This document shows, in pieces, positions 13,801 through 27,502 of a DNA stretch of 64,000 nucleotides. Origin of the DNA: Trichinella spiralis. Taxonomy: Eukaryota. The stretch covers positions 10,346,856 through 10,410,855 of the forward strand of contig NW_003526941.1 of the NCBI RefSeq assembly GCF_000181795.1, read 5' to 3'. The notes under the pieces were generated by a model. That model saw only the letters and a list, made by a program, of their open reading frames with translations, had not been told where the DNA came from and did no database searches. The stretch's first letter is position 1. Each line of letters begins with the position of its first letter. Position numbers and translations under genes: made by a program.

Positions 13801-15864
13801 TTGGAATTGAATCCGGCTGAAAAATTTACAACCAAGAGTCTATCCATTAAGCACAACTGCTGCACGTTTCATCATCAATCGATTGTAATCACGTTTCCTA
13901 TTGTTCCTGCATACACAGCACGTGCTATATAACACAAGCAGTATTAATTGCTCGTGAAATTAGCCAAGCTTCAAAAGTTTTTTTCTCAAATATTTATTTA
14001 TTATTCGTATAATTAATTATGCAAGCAAAATTATGGAAAAGAAAAAGTCGTTTCAACTATTTTCATTTCACTTTTTCTTTCACATTCTTATGCAAAACTT
14101 ATTTGTTATACAGATGATCAACTTTGCTCATCAGAAAAAAAGATACACATTAATATGACAAAAGGCGCGTAGAATTGTAGAATAAATTATTTGAAAAGCT
14201 TCAAATTGTATTTTTACACTTTTGGAGAACTTTAGCTTGTTGAATAGCACAACTTTATGCAAAATAAATTATTTGCGATGTGAAATTATTAAAAGTTAAT
14301 TGTGATTATTTAGAATTTTATGCGAAACGTTCACTTCCACTATTTTCCACATAACTTTTGACATTCTTCTATTTCATCTTTTATTGTTCAACTTTTGCAT
14401 ATTGTTAAACTATGAATAATAAGTCGCATATAATAAGTGAACTTTAAATCGAATTTAAATCAGTTTTAACTGGACAAAGTCAACAATTTATTGTTCAGTG
14501 GTTCACTTTTCAATCTGAAAACAAAATTTAAAATCACCGTTCGACCAAGGATGGCATTATAATCGCATTATTTTGACCAATATTAAATTGATACACAGTA
14601 CACTGTTTTTGAAATTCTTTTTTGTCATGCTGCATGTTTTTTTTAACATTTCATGTTTTGTTTTCTAAATGCAGAAAAAGCATTTCAAACTGTATTGCGT
14701 TGAGGTAATTTATTAAGCTTTTCTTATTTGTGAAATTTAAATTCCATCAAAATACGTTTGATTACATTCATTTATTCAATGCGTGTATAATATAACTGCC
14801 ATACGTACAGATAGATGCAAGTGAATTATCATCATTTTTGTCATCATCATCGACGGATTGAAATGAATTGAATTGAATAATTTTTAATTGTTCATGCTGT
14901 TCTGTGTTTTTCATCCAAATTTCACGTTTACCAGTACTTACAAGCTACTGAAGAAATGCTTGAAACTTTACATTCAGGCAAATTAAAAATCTCTTCTTTT
15001 CAGTAAATTTCATTGAAATCGCTTTTCAACACTCTGTTCAGTGTTGCAATTATTACAACAGTAGCAAAGGAAATCATATGGAGTGAAATTTCAATAATAT
15101 TTAAAAGTAAATAATAAATAATGATCGGGAATAAATGATTTTTGAATAGAAATTGTCAAATGTTTCATCAGTGGCTTTCCAGAACAGTTATTCATTTCAA
15201 TATATACATATTGATTTCACTATTTACCCATTATTATTATTATACAATTTGCAAAACATGTTTGTTATCTTAGAGGCAAGTTTACAGAGGTATTTTTTCT
15301 CTATCAATAAGAAAGCTATCTGCAATGCTCTGCGACGTTCAATTGCATCGTTTGAATCAAATAAGCGCAACTGTTCAGATTGACAAAATATTTGCATCAT
15401 AGAAAAGAAAATATCCAAACCGAAAAGCATCCAACGATTATTATCTGAATCAGCAATTGTTTCCGAGCATCATTCATCGAATGCATCAGCATTTCATTTT
15501 TAATCAACTCAGCTTCAGGGTTTGAATATTCTGAAAGGTGGTAAAATAAGTGGTTAACAAATGCAACAGTGCGGCAGAGCCCTCCACTTCAAATCACTTC
15601 AAATTTATATTTCTCCTATAAATAAACGTAGAATACACCGAATTATTTTTCTAAAAAACGCTCAATTCAAACAGTTCACGAATTTCAAATATTAAAATAA
15701 CACAAATATAACTCATTTATTATGATTAAATCCAATTATTGAGTATGTTTAAAAAATAGAAATAGACTGGTCGTTTTGTAAGAGAAAAAATTCTTGAACA
15801 TCAAGTTAGAGTATACTGTAAAAATTAAATTATGAAAATGATTTACAATTGAAAATACCGCAAT

Positions 15865-16830
15865 ACACAGTAAATTGGTTGCCAAATCACTGATTAGAAG
15901 GTAACAAAATAACGGACCAATTATAGAAAAACAATCATTCTATCAGTGGTAAATGCCTCGGTTGTTCAGTGGTGTGCGATTGACGGTGGCGGTGCGTATC
16001 TAAAGTGCAAGAGAAAAAAGCTGTATTCAGGTAAAAATTTAATTTTACAACTTACTTTCTCATCTTGTGCATGAACATTAGTATATTTATCTCTTTAAGT
16101 AGGTTTTCATTTGAATATACACAACAATTGATATACTTTTCATGCAGAATACTCAAATACACATAATTGAACGTAGAAGGTATTGAAAAAACTAATTCTG
16201 TTTCAATTTATTAGTTTGCGCTGTCATCAAGAATTAACTGTGGAACAGGGTTAACTTTTCAACGATTATTTGCTCACGGCGTTGAATTTCATTCTAAACA
16301 GAACTGATGGCTGAATATAACTTAGCGCTTAGTGTTTTCTGTCGTGTAATACAGCGAAATGCCGCTTTTCATACAGAAATTAATTTCATTATCACATATT
16401 ACTTTTTTCATTCCATATCATCAAAGATATTAGCTAAATTATATTTTTCGTCAAGCTGATTTCGTTTTCCAGCGTGTACAACTACATTGCTTATATTTCA
16501 ATGAAAACATTTTTGCTATTAGTTCCATTTATGTAGGCCATATTGGAATTTTCAAATATCAAATCCAGAAATGCAGAGGCGTGTTTTGGCAAAGTCAATG
16601 TTTTTGTTATGGGCGTTTTTCTGTCAGATAGTTTATATTTTGCTGAATTGTAAACGTCAAGGTCATTTTGAATTTTCAGTAGGTTTCATTGGTTGAATTT
16701 GGCAGTGCATCTGAATATTTTTTTCAAATCATTTCAAACCTTCATTTTTCGTATTGTGTTCCAGTTCATCTTTGAGTAGCTTATTCAGCGCACGTAAAAC
16801 GCTTTTCAGCGCAACGCGCGCAATATCTGA
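15865..16830. repeat. Diverged segmental duplication, copy A (paralogous to ~19150-20290)
   Basis: Exact shared blocks CTGTATTCAGGTAAAAATTTAAT (16021-16043 vs 19301-19323) and TTCCATTTATGTAGGCCAT (16523-16541 vs 19998-20016), with colinear similarity around them. Confidence 0.8.
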
Positions 16831-17569
16831 CTTTAATGCAAATATGGGTGGTCTGAAAATTGCCTTCATATTAACAGTGGGCCAGTTAAATTGACTTTGT
16901 TGACTAACGGCAGCGGTGAACGGCATTTGCTCAATTTATTAAATCGTTAAGTACAAAGTAAGATATGCTTTTAGAGAAAGAAGAATGTTATCTTTTCAAA
17001 CATAGGCGTTGTCTAGTTTGAATGCAAATTCGCGTGCAACTGCAATTTGTTTGCTTTTGAGCTTATGTGACCTGAATAATGTTTGCTTAACGAAATGAGC
17101 AATACGTTTGATACTTGTTAATTAGTAGAAATGAACGTTATGCAAATTTTTTCGTGACTCTTGAAATTTATTTGAAATAATTGTAGGCGATCGTTGTGCG
17201 GCGAATGAACAATGGCGTTTTCAATGCGATGACGGACGAAGAATAGCAATAAAAACGGCTTTGTTTTTTTTATTTATTATAACATTATTTCATTGGACTA
17301 ATTCTTCTACATTTAGAAACAGAAGAATAGAAGATGGACGCGAACGTCCGGTTTGAATTTGTTGAGTTAGGTTAATTAGGTAAACTTCACTGAGGAGTTC
17401 TTGAGTCTGTAAGTTATATAAATTCGAGCTGTAGGTTATTGAGCATTTAATTCACATGTTTGTTAATTAGAGTAATTGGGCGTAGATCATGAGTACTATT
17501 ATTTAAATGAATTTGAGTGGCTTTCCGCATTTGAACGTTTTCACGTCTCATGCTTTGTCGAGTTGAGTT

Positions 17570-17971
17570 CAGGGTTCATTTGCGGAATGTGAAATAATTG
17601 AATAATTTGTCTACCATTTCAAAAGACAATTTTTGAGCATAGTGAGTTGGTAGCACTGCTACAGTTTGAGTATTAGAATAAGTAAATGTTTGAGAATAGC
17701 AGTGCAAGGATAGGAGGAATGTGTGATAGGCTGGTGTGCAGGAGTTCGACGGGTTACACTGCACGACGCGACCCTAACCGTATCCAATGATGAAAGTCCA
17801 CATTTTCAAAGCTCACCTCTTCCTCTCCCGGTTGCGGTACCAGAGGCCTACCGCCTTGCTCGGATCCCAGCAATGGGATCTCAAGCAAGGTTTTTTTCAG
17901 CTCGACCGCCCCTGCGCCGCCCCCCGCCCTCCTGCTTGTTAACGGGGACTTCCACGGCGGAACCTCCTAGT
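17570..17971 (+). mobile_element. Possible Helitron-like 3' end (GC-rich island ending in a hairpin plus CTAG|T)
   Basis: GC-rich segment in an AT-rich background ends GGGGACTTCCACGGCGGAACCTCCTAG|T (short TTCC/GGAA stem, CTAG 17967-17970), then drops abruptly to AT-rich sequence. Left boundary uncertain. Confidence 0.35.
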
Positions 17972-19149
17972 AGCAATAATAATAATAATACTATTGTTTA
18001 AGCGTTGTTATGAATATAATTATTATTTAATAGTAACCAGCAGTGGAAACGTCCGCATGTTCATATTCCAATGCTGGTGGATCAAAACGCTTGGTTTCGC
18101 ATGATAATCAGCAAAAATTAAAAAAGTATTCTATTTATTCAGCAGTTTCTATCTTGTTCATTTATTGTCATTTTCTTCTTTTCAGTGCTTTCTTTAAGTA
18201 ATTCATATTAGCAACATGTTCATTTAATATTCATATGTTCTCATTCTCATTCATTATCATATTTTGTACTGTGTGAGTGTGAGTGTGTGTGGTTTATTGC
18301 ATAAATAATATTGCTTATCTGATATTGAATAACTTCCAAATAAGAATTTTACTGTATGATGGAATATTTGATGTAAAAGAGATTTCTGTAGAGCACAGTA
18401 AGGAAAAATAGCACTGAAAGTGAAGAAGAGAAAATATAATTTCATTTAGAATTTATTTTAATCTATCCTGAATGATTTTTAAGCAAATTTAAAATAAATA
18501 AGTCACTTGTGTTTCATTGTAATCCAAATCAGTTTTGGAATCACCGTTTTGAACATTGTCAAAAATGTGAAAAATGGGCAACTTGAAAATCATAAACATC
18601 GCGCCGATGCGGAGAAATTACAAACGGTGTTATGCGACGTTTCAAATCCTCAACAATTCTACATTGTGTTTGAGGTTATTCAAATTTTCTCTCTAAGAAA
18701 CTGAAGGTAAGCCAGTTCTAGAAAGTAACAGACAGAGAATATGATTTTACTCAATATTCACAAAATTTCGCTTTGATTGCACATAATTGAAAAATATTTG
18801 TGCGTTTATGCCTTCCATATTCACACAACCTGTTAATGGTGATCTAATGTTATATTTATGCTTTAAGTTTTTTTTATTTTTACGATTCAGTTGACTTTAT
18901 ATTCGTAATTTAATAAGATAATTATTTCATTGTTGGAGTATGTTAATGTTATAATTATAGAAGACTTTTTTTTAACATTTATGACACAATTGCACTGGAA
19001 TTGTTATATTATAGAAGACATAATCAAACACATAGACAGGAAAAGAAGCAAATGAAATATGGAAAGGAGAAAAATGGCTATTAAATTAAGTTAAATTATA
19101 TTTCAAAAATAAGATCACAGAAATATAATTAATTGAAAATGTAGTAATC

Positions 19150-20290
19150 TACAGTATGTGAATTGCCAAATCACCGATAAGGAGGGTGTGAAATAATAGG
19201 CCAATCAGAGAAAGGCAAACGTTGTATCGACAGTTATTATTTTATTTTGATGGTGTGCAATTAGCGGTGGCGGTGCGTAACTAAATTACAAGTGAAAAAA
19301 CTGTATTCAGGTAAAAATTTAATACTGAAACTTATTTTTTTTGATATTTTTCTTTGAATGCATGTATATTTAAGTGATCATTTTTAATTTTTATATGCAT
19401 CGAAATTGAAATATATTAAAAACAGAATTCTCAGTTTTGTACAGTTAATATAGCTGTGTGAAAAAGTATTCCACTTTACTAATTGTTATTCTTTTAAAAA
19501 CTTTGTATACCGATATTGTAAACAATTACTTTTTAATTAGAAAACAGTTAATTATTATATTTGCTGTAAGTCCACATTGTGATGATGTGCGAACAGTTTT
19601 GATTTAATATATCATTTTTACAGGTATAAGGAATGGAACAAAAAAAAAGTGAAAGCGCGGACGACACGAAGCAGAACAAGAGAAGACAAGAGAGGTAAAT
19701 GCGATTTCTTCTGTGTGCTTATTTTGTGCAGCGGTGCTAATGTAGCTAATTAAGTTACCTAAGTTTGTAATCTGTAAGATATTTTTTTATTTAAACTGTA
19801 TTTTTTGTTCTTCATATTTTGTCGAGATGAGGAAAGAATTCATCTTTACAAGATTGTTTATTTCACGTAAACCACTTTTAATGCTGCGCGCGTAGTTTTG
19901 TCCGTTAAGTACCTCAGCATTTATTGCAAATCATCTTTTTCAGTAGCTAAACAGAAAATTACTCAGTTGAAAGCGTCTTATTGTATTAGAAATCAAATTC
20001 CATTTATGTAGGCCATTTTTGAATTTTGAAAGTTCAACTTCAGCCCTGTGGAGGCGTGTTTTGACTAAGAAAATGTTTTTGTTATGGCGTTATCTGCCAG
20101 ATAGTTTATATTTCGGCTGAATTGTAAACATAAAGGTCATTTTTGAATTTTCAAATAGTCCATTCCTTATTGGTAGAATTGAACAGTGCATTTCTCTTAT
20201 TGACATTGTATCGCGGTATATTTTAGAGTTGATCTTCACCAAGAAGTTTCAATGCACAAAAACCGGTTTTGAACGCTGCGCTATGCAAAT
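19150..20290. repeat. Diverged segmental duplication, copy B
   Basis: Same blocks as copy A, in the same orientation, offset 3280-3475 nt. Confidence 0.8.
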
Positions 20291-20938
20291 AACGATCACC
20301 ATAAAGGTGCCTTATCGTCAGTTAGGGCACGCTCGTTCGTTTGACTTACGTGGCAAGTGGTAGCGTCGTGAAACGTTCTCTGAGTTTATGACGTCAAATT
20401 ACTGAAAAGTAATTCCTCATTCTTTCCACTTGTGTTACTTTTTTTCAAAATATTTTGCACTTATACCGCTTAATTAAAATCAGTTAATTAATATATTTGA
20501 AAATTCAATTTTCAGTTTCTCATTACTTTTACTATGTATTGGAGTGAAAACATTTTTGAATTAATATTTAACATTTTTACAGATATGAACAATGAAGAAA
20601 AAAAGTGAAAACGCTGTCGATACGAAGCGAAACGCGTACGGCACGAAGCACAACACAAATTTTTTATTAATTTTTAACACAAAATTTTTAATAATTTGCT
20701 TCTGTATTTTGTCCATGCATATAAGATAACAATGTTGCCGGTTCCACACTGACTAAAGTGACAACCGTGATGCGCAATTTTTAGTACTTCAACCCAGCAT
20801 GTGCATTATATTAAATTATCAATTCATTATGCTTGTGTTTTAAGTAAATGTTATGTTTTGCCATTATTCTGTTTTAGGCATTCATTTTTCTTCTTTTCAA
20901 GTGGTTGATCAAAGGTCTGATTGAAATGGTTCACTAAA

Positions 20939-20948
20939 NNNNNNNNNN
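20939..20948. other. Assembly gap (10 N)
   Basis: Run of n. Confidence 0.99.
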
Positions 20949-23900
20949 TCACTACACAAAATCGTGCACAGGATTGTATAGCATAGACATAAGAAAGCTG
21001 CTGTTAGCTAGAGAACACTTTAATACTGCACCTGTGATACTTTCAAGAATGGCAGTAACGTTCCCTTCATTTAGGAAATGACTCCTTAAAGTTTTTATTA
21101 TGTCATGTACCGCCAATTAGCACTGATTAATACAGATGCACATATTTTTGTCTTGGAGAGAATAACTCAATGCCCATAAAGGTTGTCAGTATTGATAAAA
21201 GAAGCAATGCCTGAATATTATACGTGGAGATTGAGTAGAAGAACGCATATGACAACTTCCACCTCCTCCATCCTTCATCTTCTCCCTCATTCCTTCCTGC
21301 TATGCTGTCCCGCCCTCCTTTCCTTTCTAATGATCCCCATTATTGAGCTCGTAATAATACTAAGCTGAACAGAGATCGCATTAAAATGAAAATTCTGCCC
21401 AACCCCTATTTCGAGCTGAATGAACAGCACTTAGCTGTTTTCATCTCATTCATATAAATCTAATTTCTCATAATTGTTGTCGACTAACAATATAACCAAA
21501 TCCAGGCTACTCGTGATTCTTTTGTTTTATTCTTTTCATAAAATCCAATACAGAATTGTCACCCGCATAAGTTTCTTGAATTCATTGCAAATCGTTGAGT
21601 TACTTAATTTCTGCATCTAGGATTATCTCACATTGCATGCGGCGCGCTGATGCAGTGCTCAATCAAGTTTCCAGTCTTACTATAAATCATCATAAGGTGT
21701 AAACAAAAGTTTAGTTAAAACAAAATTTTAATAGTAAATAAGCTTTCAAGTGGCATGCCCACTGGTGCAGCCGCTTACCCTCATGATATCTACGGTGCAC
21801 ACTTGTTAAAATCTGTCCTGAGATAAATTGTATATTATAAAATTTCTGTCGCAGTTATCATCATAAAATTTCATGTCAACTGTTTAATTTTCCATAAATC
21901 TGAAAACGTATTTTATTTTCGAAACTATTTTCAGTGGAAGCTATTTTTTATTATCCATATAATTTTGATTAGATGAAAAACATTGTTAAAATATAAATTA
22001 TTGAATCACCTTGTACTTTCAAGCAACTAAATTACACAACATGCATAAATACGCAGTGATAGCATTTCCGTTTATTTTTAGTAGTCTGCGATGCTTCATG
22101 TTAATAATATTTCCTTTTAGGTAACTTTAGGGGAAATATTTGCATAACAATACCATATTACGTAGTAATATGAAGTGTGTAAATAGAAACGTAATAAATT
22201 TCATCGTCTCGTTTCATAATGTTGCTCATAATGTTTATTTTACTGCGCTATTACTGATGGAAAATTAGGTTGTTCTTCGTGAAGCAAAGTAAATAGTCAT
22301 TTGCATAATTTATTTATTATACAATTGACCAAGCACCGATTTTATTAGGTTATGCAGTTCACTGCAATGCTATCAATCTCGCACGTGGTCAACTATAATT
22401 CCGCTCTTCAACACCATCCATGAATAACTGGTAAGTTGGATTTGATATTTTGGTGGTGGTATGTTATGCATGTTACTTTACATATATGATGAATGGAAAC
22501 TGGTGGGTGTCTTTCTAGTGTTATTATTGCTAAGTTTTAGATACATCAGATGCTGAAGACGAAGAAGTATCTATTTCTGTTTTTTATTTATAGATGACTG
22601 CATTAATATTGTTTTATTTTCATATCAATGAATGTAAAAAATCCTATCATGAGAAGATGATGCCACTATGCATCATAATTATTTTCATCTGCTGTTGATT
22701 TGCAATCTTGTTTATTCCCGTGAGATTTCAATAAAAATGATGGCCAACAAGCAGCTACGCAAAACGATTATTTGCGAGATATTTAGATTGTAAGTTAGCA
22801 ACGCCATCAGCAGCACGTCTGTAATTGCATTCGTACGTGCAACGTAATGTAAGTAATATTGTAGATTGGTTGCCTTTGATTTTAGTAAATTTGAAATTTG
22901 AATTTTACATTAGAAATATAGCTTTTTAGATGTACAAGATAATGCAATGCAATATTTGGAAAGAGTGTAGGTAAAAAATATTCTGTTTATATGACACTAA
23001 TTGTTTATTAAATAATTTCAATTTTTTTTCTGAATTGTCTTCATTGGTATATCATCAAGGAGGTAATACAACTATATTTATTTCTGTTCTATATATTACG
23101 TTGCGTGCGCTTTATAAGAACTCAGAATAGCGGTTGAAATGATACTTATGAGAAACAGCCATATTATAAAAAGTGATTGAAGCTGAATAACATGCATCAC
23201 GATGATATTTGAATTTCATTCATTTTGTAATCCAATTTTTCATTTTGCTGTGTTATTTAGTATTTATTTTTAATTGACTATTGCTCTGTTCATGTTTCTA
23301 CCGTGATCAGTCATGTGTCTCAACAGTTCCGCTTTCTGGCTTTCTTCATCCTTACAGTAAGAATGAATTTTATGCACTTTGTTATAGCAATGGGTTGTGT
23401 CAGTGCAGTGGAACTATTTCTATAAACTTGAATATCTTTCTCTAATGGTGGTTCGGGTTTCCCTGAATGGATTGAAAAGATGTACAAAAATCTGTAAGTA
23501 ATTGAGTATCTATAATCTGTTACTATTATTAATGTCTTCTAATTCCACTTATATCTGATCCTGTATGCTTCTTGTTATCGAATTAAATAGTGTGCATCAA
23601 CATAATTGAAACGTTTTGGAATTCCTGTTGCTTTTGCCAACACGGTATGTCACCTTTACCTCAATGCGTTCTAAATGTGCCATCACAAAAATAAGTACAC
23701 ATTTTGCCCATTATAGGAATGGATTACATAATCAACATCGAGCAGGTACACGTTCATACTCTTGCGTTAGTTTAAGTTGGCTTAATGGCGTTACCCAGTA
23801 TTGCTCCAGAAATCTGTGTGGCTTCGCTTATTATAGGAGTACGATATAATCAAATAATGATTGTAATAGTAGCATATATCGTGAATATAGTCGACTTGCG

Positions 23901-24734
23901 CTGGTTTTCGGATAGCTCACACAAGTCTGGTAGTGCGTGTTGCCATCAGTGCGTTTGGGGAGTATTTTTGTAAAGTATTATGTGAGTAGGTAAGTTTTAG
24001 TATTTTGTAAGTAGAGATTTTGTTTTTTATTGATGAGTGATAGTGTTCACACTGCGGTGTTGCTTATCACATGCTTAGGATGTTTAATTGAAAATTTCAG
24101 CGCGTAGCTGTTCAGATGCTTGCATACTGAAGGACAAATGTTATATGACTAGCAAGCAGTTTTTCTACAAATTTGTATACTTAGTAATTAAGGAACAACG
24201 ATGCACTGTTATTTGTCTTCAATTAATTTTTTATAATATGACTGTTTTATCAATTTTGTTTAACATGCTTTACTTTTCAGCACTCTTGTTTTGCAAATAT
24301 TTTCAGAATCAAATTAAGTTTAGTTATAGATGAATGAAATTGCTGTATTCTTTGGTAACTATCCGTTATTGAACATGTGGTGTCTTCACAAAGATTCGTA
24401 ATCACGTCGATAAATACGTCATCACAAAGCACTACCACCAGTTGATGCCGCTCAGTTTGGCGACGTATGTACATTTTACTTTTATAAACTATGAAAGTTG
24501 TAAAGTGTAAATTTTGTTTTAGTTTTCATTATTCAGGTTTTTATAATTTTGCTTTTCATAATTTTTTCATTGCTTTTAATAATTTTTTATAATTGTTTGG
24601 TATTGGTGTTTTCAAGATCTTTCATTTAAGTTTAGTTAAGAATTTAGTTCTGGTTTCAGATTCAGTTAAAGGCAACATGGCTAAGTAAATAGCGTAAAGT
24701 GTAAATGTAAGTCTAAAAAGACAAGGAAGCTATG

Positions 24735-24990
24735 GGTAAGTATGAAGATAAATAGGTAAGTAGTCTAATAGTTAAGGGTAAGTCAGGTAAGAATAGGTGT
24801 GAAGGTAAGTATAAATGTGAAGGTAAGTAGTGTTTTTGGTGAAGGTAAGTATAATGCAAAGGTAAGTAGTGTTTAGGCTGAAGGTAAGTAAAAGTGGAAA
24901 GGTAAGTAGTGTTTAGGGTGAAGGTAAGTAAAAGCGCAAAGGTAAGTAGTGTCTAGGGTGAAGGTAAGTATAATTGTGAAGGTATATGTA
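24735..24990 (+). repeat. Minisatellite with AAGGTAAGTA core and ~40-bp higher-order unit (alternating ~18 and 22 nt spacing)
   Basis: Exact AAGGTAAGTA at 24802, 24820, 24842, 24859, 24881, 24899, 24921, 24939, 24961; degenerate GGTAAG copies at about 24735, 24755, 24777, 24786. Ends next to an N gap. Confidence 0.92.
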
Positions 24991-25010
24991 AAGGGCTCCC
25001 TGCAGAGGTG

Positions 25011-25383
25011 NNNNNNNNNNNNNNNNNNNNNNNNNNNNNNNNNNNNNNNNNNNNNNNNNNNNNNNNNNNNNNNNNNNNNNNNNNNNNNNNNNNNNNNNNN
25101 NNNNNNNNNNNNNNNNNNNNNNNNNNNNNNNNNNNNNNNNNNNNNNNNNNNNNNNNNNNNNNNNNNNNNNNNNNNNNNNNNNNNNNNNNNNNNNNNNNNN
25201 NNNNNNNNNNNNNNNNNNNNNNNNNNNNNNNNNNNNNNNNNNNNNNNNNNNNNNNNNNNNNNNNNNNNNNNNNNNNNNNNNNNNNNNNNNNNNNNNNNNN
25301 NNNNNNNNNNNNNNNNNNNNNNNNNNNNNNNNNNNNNNNNNNNNNNNNNNNNNNNNNNNNNNNNNNNNNNNNNNNNNNNNNNN
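25011..25383. other. Assembly gap (N run)
   Basis: Run of n; ORFs crossing it are artefacts. Confidence 0.99.
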
Positions 25384-25496
25384 AAAAATCATAATACTTT
25401 CATTAAGCGTATATATTATGCATGTGATCGTTTGAGAAACAAAGATAGAAAAGAAAAAATTTCAGGGGGGCGCGCCCCCCTGGTTGAGAAACACTG
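25384..25496. mobile_element. Terminus of a hAT (Buster/Charlie-type) DNA transposon or MITE
   Basis: GGTTGAGAAACACTG (25482-25496) is the reverse complement of CAGTGTTTCTCAACC, a typical hAT/Buster TIR. It is followed by TCCTAGAC (nnnTAnnn, Buster-type 8-bp target) and preceded by a perfect 20-bp palindrome CAGGGGGGCGCGCCCCCCTG (25463-25482). The other end is not seen and probably lies in the gap. Confidence 0.65.
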
Positions 25497-25964
25497 TCCT
25501 AGACTAATATCCATTTATTTGGTTATGTTAACAGTGCAAATTTATTAATTTTTGCTACATTTTTGAAGCAGTTGTTTACACATACACACGCATTATTATA
25601 TTTTGTGCATCATCATCTCGCATGTTTGTTGAAACTTTGTGGAAATGAAAAATTCAAACGTCAGCTGATTGCACGTGAAGATCATCGAAATCTTGTGGTT
25701 GTGATTTGGTTGACGCGTATGAATGAACTGAAGATGGGGAGTGGGCAAGAATGAAACGCATTACGCAACAAACAACAACAACAACAACGACACAAGCAAG
25801 CGGCTGTCAGATGCGGCAAAACAATTTAGCTATTATTTATTCTACTGGCGTTGGGATTTTTCTTCTTCTTCTTCTTCACTTTCCACTCAACAAAGGAGAC
25901 ATTTCGCTTCCATTTGTTTCTTTGTTTGTTTGTTTGTTTGTTTATTTGTATTGTTGTTGTTTGG

Positions 25965-27502
25965 ATGCGTGTGCAATCACATCCGGTGCATATAAGGTCC
26001 GTATTGTTGGTGTTGTTGTTGATCAGCTTCTGCGGTCCTGGTAATGATGCTGCCAAAGCCAGTAGCCGTCGATCGCGTGGTCGGGGTAAAAATTTGCTTC
26101 CATTCGCCAACGTTGCTGAACATTCACTGCTCAGTCAAACTGCCGACCAAGAGCGGGTAAATGTATACTTTTTCAAATATTTCTTAATTTAATTTAACAT
26201 TTTATATTTGTCGTTGTAAAAGAAACAAATTCAACCATTAGAAGCTATGATAAATTTGAATTAAAAAAATATTTTTTTTATTCAGAGTGTCAAAATAATC
26301 AAAGCCTCGCATTTCAATCAGGCTTTTCGTCTCGGAGGTAAGATTGTCATACTTTGCACAGCTTCCGGATATCCGCGACCCACGATCACTTGGTACAAAG
26401 ACGGTGTTGAGCTTGTTTTCAAAAATAATGTTCACGTAAGTATATTTTTCCCTTTTCCACAAATCAAATGCATCATGCTAAGCTGTATCTATGTATATAT
26501 ACTTTTGCATGTCTTTATGTCTATTTTCAAATTTAAACGAGCATTCGCAACTTTTGCATTATTTCTATTGTGTGATGAAGAAAAATAATTTGGAATCCAT
26601 TGATTCTTTTGAATGTAACAAAATGAACACTCTCATTCTAGGAATTCTTCATATATTCAGCTGTTGCACTTACTGTACTGTACTGTACTGTGTTTTTTGG
26701 TGGTATTTTTAGAAAATATTTGAACAGTTTTTTTTTCAAACTTGCAACTGAAATTCAATTTGAATGAAAATTCAGCATTACTAGGTCAGGTGCATGGCAA
26801 ATGTTCAGGATGCATAGATGAATTGTTGTAATTTGTGTTGGAATATTTGGAAATTTGCTGAACAACAAACAATTCCACATTCTGCAAGCGTATTTGTGCG
26901 TTGTTCAAATTGTAACAATTTTTATCCTATCATAAGCGTAATAATACAATGATAATAATAATAAGCAGATGTTGATTCACCTTTATGTTCTGTCCAGTTC
27001 CGCTTTCGCTTTTGTATGAGAAAATTTTCTTTCTCAAAACTGGACATTTTTGTCTAGCATTGTCCAAGCATGTGGATGATATGTACAACAACTTTATAAT
27101 TCATTCATATAAAGTATTGTTTTCTTTTTTAATAAATCTTTGGAATGTTGTTTATTGAAAAATTTTGTTTTTCTTTCTTTATATCAGTATCCAAGAAACT
27201 AATTTGCATGTTGATTCACTTTTGCGTCACAAATTCTTTTCTTCTGATGCACATGACCGATTGATTTTCAATTTCAATTTGTTTCTTAATATATCAATAT
27301 TGTTGTTGTTAATTCACTTTTGGTTATTAATAATAATTTCATGTTTCTCAAGGTACAAGAACAGAATGACGATGAACAAAAACAGACGAGTCGTATTGAA
27401 ATTGATCCAGCAACGATGGGTGATCAAGGGATATATACATGTTTAGCCCACAACGAGCGGGGTAGCATTGTGAAAAATTTCAAAAGCGAATTCTACTATT
27501 GA
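25965..27502 (+). CDS. oig-4: Secreted single-Ig-domain protein OIG-4 (AChR-clustering factor in C. elegans); 3 exons: 25965-26156, 26286-26435, 27353-27502
   Basis: Signal peptide (VLLVLLLISFC), basic RRSRGRGK, FANVAEHSL, SHFNQAFRLGGKIVILCTASGYPRPTITWYKDG, IEIDPATMGDQGIYTCLAHN and C-terminal KNFKSEFYY, all closely matching C. elegans OIG-4 as I recall it. Phase-0 GT-AG junctions. Confidence 0.88.

Noticed and set aside
23362..23500. Exon-like stretch (SNGGSGFPEWIEKMYKNL|gtaagt)
   Set aside because: In-frame stop upstream and no partner exons that I could support.
24735..24990. CRISPR-like repeat/spacer appearance
   Set aside because: Eukaryotic context, 10-nt core, spacers related to each other, no cas genes.
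24913..25548. ORFs spanning the N run
   Set aside because: Artefacts of the assembly gap.
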